This document shows positions 1-6,379 of a stretch of 44,774 nucleotides of DNA, one piece after another (the first letter of the stretch is position 1; every line of letters starts with the position of its first letter). The position numbers and the translations under genes were made by a program. Below the pieces are notes generated by a model. That model was not told the origin of the DNA. It did not search any database and was given only the letters and a program-made list of their open reading frames with translations. Source of the DNA: a virus; IMG/VR virus record IMGVR_UViG_3300045988_107221, positions 1-44,774 of that record; one strand, given 5' to 3'.

Positions 1-89
1 ATTTTTTTTCTATCTCACCTTTTGGCACTACTTCCCTTTTACATTTATTTGTTCCGCAAAATCCATATACTTTTTCGCTCATCCGGTTG
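1..89. repeat. 89-bp terminal direct repeat, identical to 44686..44774 (circular-assembly overlap or terminal redundancy)
   Basis: Read directly: attttttttctatctcacc...cgctcatccggttg occurs at both ends of the window. Positions 1..82 (minus) duplicate the first 27 codons of the CDS at 44390..44767, and its RBS (AAAGGAGG) lies at about 90..97. Confidence 0.95.
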
Positions 90-196
90 CCTCCTTTCTC
101 ATTTTCAAATTTTCCAATTTTTCAAATCGAAAAATCTCATTTTTACCTTTTTCGTGAAAGATGCACTCTTCCCCACAGTCCTCCTCGTGATCGAGA

Positions 197-904
197 TCAG
201 TAGACCCGGGGGGCGTATCGCTTCCACCAATCGATGATGTAGCCTGTCCATTCACCGATATTTCTTCCATCATTACATTTCGCTAAACGTCTGAGACATT
301 CGTCGCGACTTGTATCGATGAATATTTCTTCAGCTCCAAGTTCTCTGCATAAACGCTCACGTTCACTGATTAAAGGATAACCACCAATCACATAAGCATT
401 CAACCATTTACCTCGCCGATATTTTACCGCATCAAGCAAACAATCTCTCACGCTAAATACGCAAGCATTAAGCACTTTCGATTTTTTATATCTCTCTAAA
501 CCACTCACACACTGCCATATAGAATCAATATCGACAATTAAATCTCCTTCGTTCTTTACGTCATTAACCCAAGCGGTCTTACCACTTAGTGGTGAACCAT
601 AAACCAAGTAGACATGTCGCATGCTTGCACCATACTGAAACTTATTATGTATTCTGTTATGACATTTATGGTGAACTAACTGAATCAATTTAGGATTTAA
701 ACTAATCTCAGCATCATTTACATTACTATCATCTAACTCAATGGTGTGATGGCCAATGCAATCGTATGCACGAACGATAGGCTCACCGCAATATTCACAG
801 ACAATATCACCATCATCATTTATCCTTTCAGACTTAATGACCTGCAATAACTTATACCAACCATTGCTCTTATAAAAGGTATCCAATGTGTATTTACCAC
901 TCAT
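197..904 (-). CDS. HNH endonuclease fused to a P-loop NTPase/kinase-like domain
   Basis: ORF track, 235 aa. N-terminal CEYCGEPI...IGHH...LVHHKCHNRIH is an HNH Cys/His pattern. C-terminal half carries a Walker A motif, VYLVYGSPLSGKT. The ATG overlaps the stop of the upstream gene. Confidence 0.75.
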   Translation of the reverse strand: MSGKYTLDTFYKSNGWYKLLQVIKSERINDDGDIVCEYCGEPIVRAYDCIGHHTIELDDSNVNDAEISLNPKLIQLVHHKCHNRIHNKFQYGASMRHVYLVYGSPLSGKTAWVNDVKNEGDLIVDIDSIWQCVSGLERYKKSKVLNACVFSVRDCLLDAVKYRRGKWLNAYVIGGYPLISERERLCRELGAEEIFIDTSRDECLRRLAKCNDGRNIGEWTGYIIDWWKRYAPRVY

Positions 905-1421
905 TATTCTCTACCTGTCTTTCTCTAAGCTCAAGCTCTTTCTTTTTTAAAGCTAAAGCTTGAGGATCATTGGCCCATTCTTCTTTGTCATAATTCTTTA
1001 ATGCAAGATTGATAGCAGCAACATCCGGTGCCATCTTCTTATGAGCAACCTCTACCTTCACTATTCGACTGCTTGCTATTTGATTAGGAGTAAATCCGGC
1101 ATCAAGCAATGCCGCATACATTTCTTCTGGCCATTTAACATGCTCGGTAGTTTCTTTGGTTTCGGTATAATCATAACCGTTTGCCTTCTTAATAAGAGAA
1201 CCCCTAAGCTCAGCAACAAGGTTCTGCCTTCCCTTTTTAATTGCTTCCTTCACTTCTGGATAATCAACTTTATATTGATTCCAAGTGCTATAACCGATGC
1301 CTAATTTCTCAGCGATTTGTTGCTCTGTCATAGTTCTACACCATTCAGAAATAAGCGAAAGATATGGCTTTACGTAATCATCATATTTACGAGGTTTACC
1401 ACGTTTTCTTTTTTCTGCCAT
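894..1421 (-). CDS. HTH DNA-binding protein resembling a terminase small subunit (Terminase_2-like)
   Basis: 175 aa. N-terminal basic KRKRGKPRKYDD, an HTH (TEQQIAEKLGIGYSTWNQY), then ...PDVAAINLALKNYDKEEW. This pattern is recalled from TerS-type proteins. RBS GAAGGTGGTG. Confidence 0.5.
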   Translation of the reverse strand: MAEKRKRGKPRKYDDYVKPYLSLISEWCRTMTEQQIAEKLGIGYSTWNQYKVDYPEVKEAIKKGRQNLVAELRGSLIKKANGYDYTETKETTEHVKWPEEMYAALLDAGFTPNQIASSRIVKVEVAHKKMAPDVAAINLALKNYDKEEWANDPQALALKKKELELRERQVENNEW

Positions 1422-1432
1422 AGCACCACCTT

Positions 1433-2188
1433 CTATTCTAATAACTTATTAACTATTTTCTGAATAGCTTCATAATTATAACCGGCTGCCTTCAGTTTCT
1501 TCTTACGATCTTTACCGTTACCCCACTTACCAGCGATAACTTCCTTTGCGATCTCTGTATTGCTTTTCTTCTTTGCACCACCCTTACCTAATGGAGTACA
1601 GAACCAAGCTTCATTTTTACCTTGACCAGTGATCCGATTAAGGTCGATCTTATCTGAAATACCTGGACAAGTGCCTTTATCAGTAAACTGGTGTAAGTCT
1701 ACACCTCTATGACAAGGATAAGCCGCACGATATTTTCCATCGTTTTTTCCATATCTCGCTTCCCACCAAAAAGTATTTTTGCTGCGTTTTGAAATGACAG
1801 TACGATAACTCGCATAATCTGCATACATATGATATATTCCGCACTTATAACCAAGTCCTTCAATGTAATCAAGGGCTTTCTGTACATTACTCGCTTTGTT
1901 ACTGCATTCTACATCGAGAATGTATCCCACAAAGTACTTGCCAATTAACTTTTTACAAGTATTCACCATGAACCTTGCCTGTGCCAATTCGTCACCTTTG
2001 TTGAGGTACGTGTACAACCAATAAGGAATCTTTCGTTTTTCACATTCATTGATGATCTTTTTTAATGTACTATCTACATATCCCGTACCCTGAGTTGCCT
2101 TTGTAATGATAAAAGGACAAGATGCTTCAATCTTATCCCAGTCTTTAACCGGATGATGATGCGATATATCAGGATATACTTTACTCAT
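1433..2188 (-). CDS. endolysin: GH25-type muramidase with C-terminal Cpl-7 (CW_7)-like wall-binding repeat
   Basis: 251 aa. N-terminal DISHHH...FIITKATQGTGYVD resembles the GH25 signature. C-terminal AKEVIAGKWGNGKDRKKKLKAAGYNYEAIQKIVN matches the CW_7 repeat pattern. Directly downstream of the holin genes. Confidence 0.8.
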   Translation of the reverse strand: MSKVYPDISHHHPVKDWDKIEASCPFIITKATQGTGYVDSTLKKIINECEKRKIPYWLYTYLNKGDELAQARFMVNTCKKLIGKYFVGYILDVECSNKASNVQKALDYIEGLGYKCGIYHMYADYASYRTVISKRSKNTFWWEARYGKNDGKYRAAYPCHRGVDLHQFTDKGTCPGISDKIDLNRITGQGKNEAWFCTPLGKGGAKKKSNTEIAKEVIAGKWGNGKDRKKKLKAAGYNYEAIQKIVNKLLE

Positions 2189-2420
2189 GATTTACCTCCT
2201 CCCGCATATCTTCTTTTATTTCGTCTATGCTATGCCAGACGGTTTTTAAATCTTTTTCTATGATTGCTGTTCGTTCAACCACCGAATTATGCTTTTCTAC
2301 TTTTTTCTCAAGCTGCTCGATACGATAATTTGTCAGCTTAGTACTTGTTAGTATTCCGGTAAAGGTACCGCATAGAGTACCAACAAGAGATAATGCTCCT
2401 ACAATGATCTCGCTCGTCAC
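2181..2420 (-). CDS. small lysis-cassette membrane protein (N-terminal TM helix plus coiled coil)
   Basis: The long ORF 2181..2504 overlaps the holin. I prefer the internal GTG at 2420, preceded by GGAGGTGAAATA, giving 79 aa. IIVGALSLVGTLCGTFTGIL is a TM helix, followed by a charged heptad-like region. Confidence 0.55.
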   Translation of the reverse strand: MTSEIIVGALSLVGTLCGTFTGILTSTKLTNYRIEQLEKKVEKHNSVVERTAIIEKDLKTVWHSIDEIKEDMREEVNHE

Positions 2421-2641
2421 TATTTCACCTCCGGAATACCTGCCACGCTCGTAAGCATAGAAACTACTCCGGCAAGTACTGCTGTACCTGTAACGAGCTT
2501 CCAATCTACTGCCTGAATCGTTGCTGCTGCTGGAATTAATGCGACAGCCGTCTGTGCCATTGTTTTAATGGCCCTAATGCCTGCACGCTTAAACCATTCC
2601 TTTGTATCAACACTTACTTTAAAAACATTATTCTTAAACAT
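2420..2641 (-). CDS. holin (phi LC3 / holin_1-like)
   Basis: 73 aa with two hydrophobic segments (AQTAVALIPAAATIQAV and TGTAVLAGVVSMLTSVAGI). RBS GGAGGG. First gene of the lysis cassette. Confidence 0.7.
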   Translation of the reverse strand: MFKNNVFKVSVDTKEWFKRAGIRAIKTMAQTAVALIPAAATIQAVDWKLVTGTAVLAGVVSMLTSVAGIPEVK

Positions 2642-2841
2642 CTTTTCCCTCCATTCGATCTTTCGGCGCTATATGCCAAAAAATAATAAACCGATTTTGA
2701 ATTAAAGGAGAACGTATGGACAAGTAATCACATATAGCACCGAATTTAAGGTTATCTTAATACGATTTTTCTGAAAGTTACATACACATGATGTGACATA
2801 TAGTGTGATGCATATTATTTTTCTATCATAAAAATCATCTA

Positions 2842-2958
2842 ATATGAACATGGCTGAGAACATCAGATTCATATCCTCGTCGCGTTGAAAATCATTTTAC
2901 ATGTAAATTATCATTTAATATATAAAAGCTCCTAGAAACGCGATCTAGGAGCTTACTA
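2842..2958. repeat. copy A of an imperfect ~115-bp inverted repeat (partner 22255..22372)
   Basis: Aligned by eye. aatatgaacatggctgagaacatcagattcatatc matches the reverse complement of 22334..22372. taatatataaaa...ctagaaacgcgatctaggagct matches the reverse complement of 22255..22300. Confidence 0.75.
2917..2953 (-). terminator. rho-independent terminator (second of two after the late-regulator gene)
   Basis: Perfect 10-bp stem AGCTCCTAGA / TCTAGGAGCT (2927..2953) with a 7-nt loop. On the minus strand it is followed by TTTATATATT. Confidence 0.6.
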
Positions 2959-2974
2959 TACAACTAAAATTGCA

Positions 2975-3006
2975 CAAAAAATAAGCCCCTCATCTGAGGA
3001 GCTTAT
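2975..3006 (-). terminator. rho-independent terminator downstream of 3021..3416
   Basis: Minus strand reads ATAAGCTCCTC-AGAT-GAGGGGCTTAT, an 11-bp stem with one G-U pair, followed by TTTTTTGTGC. Confidence 0.8.
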
Positions 3007-3020
3007 CAAAGGTTTTTATT

Positions 3021-3416
3021 TCACAGAAATAATTCGTATATCACATCATCACTAAATAAGATAGGTTTGATCTTATTGATTAGTCTAGTTTTATTACGGC
3101 TTATCGTCGTCACTGTAGTATCATAATATTCTGCAATTTCTTCCCTTGTCTTTCTTTCAAAATAATACATTGGTATTGTATCATAATAAATATCGTCTTT
3201 GATCATTTCTAAAGCTGAATCTATTCGCTTTACTAATTTGACAGTATAAGGCTGATCGGACGTTTTGAATGCCTCATAATTCCGTAAAAGTTCTTCAGTC
3301 TTTTCGTATGCAGTCCTTTTTCCGTCTTTCATTAAACCTGCCATTTTTAACTTCAATACTGTAGCATTTACTGTCTCATTGATAATCTGTTTAATTTCAT
3401 GGGTTTCATAGTTCAT
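3021..3416 (-). CDS. ArpU-like / sigma-70 region-4-like late transcription regulator
   Basis: Start moved to the ATG at 3416 (RBS AAGGAAGGGG), giving 131 aa. The C-terminal HTH (REEIAEYYDTTVTTISRNKTRLINKI) resembles sigma region 4. It is monocistronic between two non-coding regions and sits immediately upstream of the late operon. Confidence 0.55.
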   Translation of the reverse strand: MNYETHEIKQIINETVNATVLKLKMAGLMKDGKRTAYEKTEELLRNYEAFKTSDQPYTVKLVKRIDSALEMIKDDIYYDTIPMYYFERKTREEIAEYYDTTVTTISRNKTRLINKIKPILFSDDVIYELFL

Positions 3417-3455
3417 ATTTACCCCTTCCTTTGGTCCGCTATTAAAAGTCATCAA

Positions 3456-3902
3456 TTCAAGATAAACTACTATATATTATATATTTACAAAACATCAAAA
3501 ATTTTTAATGATTTTACTTTATATATAAATAAATATAAAGTATCTTGACTTCTTGACTTTTTCAAATTGTCTATACAATTTATATGTGTCAACCGTCATA
3601 CTTTCGGGAGTTTTTTTGCTAAGTCAAGATGAATTGCAACATCTTGACTTATCTTGAATTTATCTTGACTTTTTTCACCATAATCAACCACTCCTAACTA
3701 CTTTTTGTAAAATAACAGTTGAGCGTGCTTACTCAACTGTTATTTTGTTTCATTTTTTATCTGTACTTATCTTGACTTATCTTGACTAGCAAATGTCCAC
3801 GAGCCGAAAGACATTTTCATGCGTGCCTATGAAAAAGTGTCTTTCCCTCGAAGACAAGTTCAAGATAAAGTCAAGATGAATTATTAAAATTCAAGATGAA
3901 TT
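3456..3902. repeat. array 1 of ATCTTGAC(T)/(A)GTCAAGAT boxes (12 copies, both orientations)
   Basis: Boxes start at 3456, 3542, 3551, 3623, 3641, 3651, 3662, 3769, 3779, 3859, 3870 and 3890, many spaced 10-11 bp apart. The array fills the 488-bp gap between dut and the late-regulator gene. Confidence 0.9.
3710..3757 (+). terminator. strong hairpin with a plus-strand T-tract (orphan plus-oriented terminator)
   Basis: Perfect 14-bp stem AAATAACAGTTGAG / CTCAACTGTTATTT with an 8-nt loop, followed on the plus strand by TGTTTCATTTTTT. The minus-strand side lacks a T-tract. Confidence 0.55.
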
Positions 3903-3904
3903 TA

Positions 3905-4324
3905 TTAGATGCCAGTGCTACCAAATGCACCGCTACCCCTCTCAGGACCACTTTCGGTGACAAAATCGGCAATAACTACCGGCACAATTACAAGCTGCCC
4001 GATGCGATCACCGTTGGAAATTTTAAAAGGTTTATCACTGCAATTAGTAACTATCGCATGAATCTCTCCACGGTAACCACTATCAATAGGAGGTAACTCA
4101 CACGTGATACCTTTACTACTTAATCCGCTCCTAGGAAATACATAGGCAGCATATCCATCAGGCAGACACAATCCTAATCCTAAAGGAATTTTTATTGTCG
4201 TATGAGGTGCTAATTTAATAGAACTACAATTGTGGAAACATACGTGTACGTCAGCGCCCGCATCATTATCGTGCGCTCTAAATGGCAATTTCTCATATCC
4301 AAAATCAATCACTTGAACCTTCAT
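3905..4324 (-). CDS. dut: trimeric dUTPase
   Basis: 139 aa with all five dUTPase motifs: AGADV, PRSGL, IDSGYRGE, RIGQLV and RGSGAFGSTG. Confidence 0.9.
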   Translation of the reverse strand: MKVQVIDFGYEKLPFRAHDNDAGADVHVCFHNCSSIKLAPHTTIKIPLGLGLCLPDGYAAYVFPRSGLSSKGITCELPPIDSGYRGEIHAIVTNCSDKPFKISNGDRIGQLVIVPVVIADFVTESGPERGSGAFGSTGI

Positions 4325-5139
4325 TATTTTTCTCCTTTATAAATATTGAATCGGTCTAATAGCTCTAATAATAATTCTTTGACATCCGCATTATGTCTAA
4401 TACCATAATCCACAAGTTCGGCGACAAATATTGCATGTTCGTGGAAATTCTCACGATTAAATGTGATCGGTTTGCTTATTGGGTTGGTTAATATTTCTAC
4501 GATTTTGTCTTCGTCTTTCTCATACATGTGAAGGCTTGTGACAAAATGCGTATAGATCCCATATCCCACATGTAATTCACTGGCGATATATTTCTGTAAC
4601 TCTGTGAAGAATGTAACATCATATGGGAAACCAAACCAAATATCATTACTCCTCATGATTCCCGTACAATGCAACTTTCTATCTCTGATAAGGAACTGTA
4701 GTGCAATCGTACAAGGTTCATCTTTGGTTTCAATCACCTCATCATTTGGCGTATTCAGATTAATGACCGCTCTCCTGCTATTTGGATCCTTTCTAAGTAA
4801 ATCAATCACTGTTTGGATTTGGTCAAAATCAAATGCACTTTTCATCAAATAACCGTATGCGCTATTAGAAGTTTTGCCGTCATCTGAAATTTTCTTCCAC
4901 ATACTACCAAAGGCTCCTATGAAATCAACTGAATTTCTACCAGTAAAGTACCATAATAGTTCACCAAATAAATATGTAGGAGAAATATTTCTAATACTTA
5001 CGATGTTGTTATTAATATCCGTCAGTGTAAACTGCATGTTATTAAGTTCTCTCGTGTTCCCTACCTTTGGGGCCTTTAATAATTTTGCACACACAGAAAG
5101 GTAAATATCATCAATATGACCGCTTATCATTTCTCGCAT
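4324..5139 (-). CDS. thymidylate-synthase-family enzyme, predicted dCMP hydroxymethylase/methylase type
   Basis: 271 aa. Catalytic-Cys region DEPCTIALQF aligns to PCHAFFQF of E. coli ThyA. MRSNDIWFGFPYDVTFF aligns to QRSCDVFLGLPFNIASY. The pyrimidine-specifying Asn is therefore Asp here. Confidence 0.7.
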   Translation of the reverse strand: MREMISGHIDDIYLSVCAKLLKAPKVGNTRELNNMQFTLTDINNNIVSIRNISPTYLFGELLWYFTGRNSVDFIGAFGSMWKKISDDGKTSNSAYGYLMKSAFDFDQIQTVIDLLRKDPNSRRAVINLNTPNDEVIETKDEPCTIALQFLIRDRKLHCTGIMRSNDIWFGFPYDVTFFTELQKYIASELHVGYGIYTHFVTSLHMYEKDEDKIVEILTNPISKPITFNRENFHEHAIFVAELVDYGIRHNADVKELLLELLDRFNIYKGEK

Positions 5140-5140
5140 C

Positions 5141-5899
5141 TTAATCCTCCTTCACTTTTAAAACCCACAGACAATTCCTCGCGTGTTCTGGTTTAATAAG
5201 AGGTGCCATGATTACAGAAAGCATATTCGTGTCATAATATTTTTTAAGCTCATCAAACATCGCCCGGCGCCAATCTCCTGCGATCTCTTCTCTATAATCC
5301 TTTATTGAAGCAAAGGTTCCATATTTAGCTTCAATGTCAAAATATTCGGATAATTTATCCTGCAGCTCGAAATGATCCCACTCCCCAACTTCTTTATTAC
5401 CTTCAGGGCCAAGCATGTGGTTTTTAGCTGCTCCTACATTTGGATCATAATTTGGAGTACTAAGGTAAACCCTTGTATTCTCATCACAATGGAATGCGAT
5501 ATTGTCGAGAAAGGCATCTGCATTCTCATGGCCGATGTGTTCCATGACTTCAAAACAAGTGATAATATCAAATGTCTGACCGAGATCAATTTCACTGCAA
5601 AGGTCCATCTGTCTGAATTCAGCAAAATCGAGCTTTGCAAATTTCTCATTGTTTTCATCGATGGTCTGTTTTCTGATGTCTAATCCTAAATACTGTTCTG
5701 GTCTATATCTGTTACGGTAAAATAACTCAAGCATTTCGCCTGTGCCGCATCCAAAATCAAGGATCGTTTGACCAATCTTTGCAACCTTTAAAATGTGTGT
5801 CCATCTGAGATAATGAGCAAACTGATCTCTATGATAAATATGTCTCTCAAATTCCTGCTGAGGTGTTAACTGTGTCTTGTTATAAATCTGCTTAGCCAT
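5141..5899 (-). CDS. class I SAM-dependent methyltransferase (substrate unknown)
   Basis: 252 aa. Motif I is ILDFGCGTGEM, with a later acidic motif and FEVMEHIG typical of the Methyltransf_11/23 fold. No DNA-MTase DPPY or PC-ENV motifs seen. Confidence 0.7.
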   Translation of the reverse strand: MAKQIYNKTQLTPQQEFERHIYHRDQFAHYLRWTHILKVAKIGQTILDFGCGTGEMLELFYRNRYRPEQYLGLDIRKQTIDENNEKFAKLDFAEFRQMDLCSEIDLGQTFDIITCFEVMEHIGHENADAFLDNIAFHCDENTRVYLSTPNYDPNVGAAKNHMLGPEGNKEVGEWDHFELQDKLSEYFDIEAKYGTFASIKDYREEIAGDWRRAMFDELKKYYDTNMLSVIMAPLIKPEHARNCLWVLKVKED

Positions 5900-6378
5900 T
5901 ATGCTATCTCCTTTTCTTCAACTAAATTAAAAATTTCCTGTAATGTCATTTTGGATGTATCAATGATTGGAATACTAAACTGCTTCGCATAAAATTTAAA
6001 ACGCTCATTGATATGGTTTAAGTTTTCATAAATTCGTTTATCTTCATCGCCTCGTTTATTTAATCTCTCATAAAGAGTGGTCATATCACATGTAAGCACA
6101 AATACCTTTACATTTTCTTTTTTCGCATAGTGTAAAATAATTCTCACATCCTCTGTTCCGAGTTGAGGCTTTCTATCAAAAATCTCAGGATAGATCAATT
6201 CACCAATTGTATGTCTATCCCATACGACGTTTTCTTTTCTTAAGGTCTGACGATAGAAGTTATAATCTGCTGCATCATACTGAGTACAATGACAAATGTC
6301 CAGCCCATATTTTTCTGCCAGAATCTTCGCCAATGTGGTTTTACCGGCTCCATCCACGCCTTCTAATATAACTTTCAT
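5899..6378 (-). CDS. thymidylate-kinase-like dNMP kinase
   Basis: 159 aa. The P-loop ILEGVDGAGKTT matches the Tmk signature (EGxDGxGKST). WDRHTIGE sits at the DRY-motif position. Confidence 0.7.
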   Translation of the reverse strand: MKVILEGVDGAGKTTLAKILAEKYGLDICHCTQYDAADYNFYRQTLRKENVVWDRHTIGELIYPEIFDRKPQLGTEDVRIILHYAKKENVKVFVLTCDMTTLYERLNKRGDEDKRIYENLNHINERFKFYAKQFSIPIIDTSKMTLQEIFNLVEEKEIA

Positions 6379-6379
6379 A

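Noticed and set aside
1041-1304. Assorted short antisense ORFs inside well-supported genes (for example 1041..1304, 4604..5104, 5372..5683, 6876..8378, 9819..10088, 21744..22154, 35890..36303)
   Set aside because: All are embedded antisense or out of frame in longer CDSs with recognisable motifs. They lack RBSs and have hydrophobic low-complexity translations typical of AT-rich antisense frames.
3456-3902. CRISPR array
   Set aside because: The repeats are only 8-9 bp, occur in both orientations, and are separated by 1-2 bp or by irregular gaps rather than 25-40 bp unique spacers. No cas genes are present.
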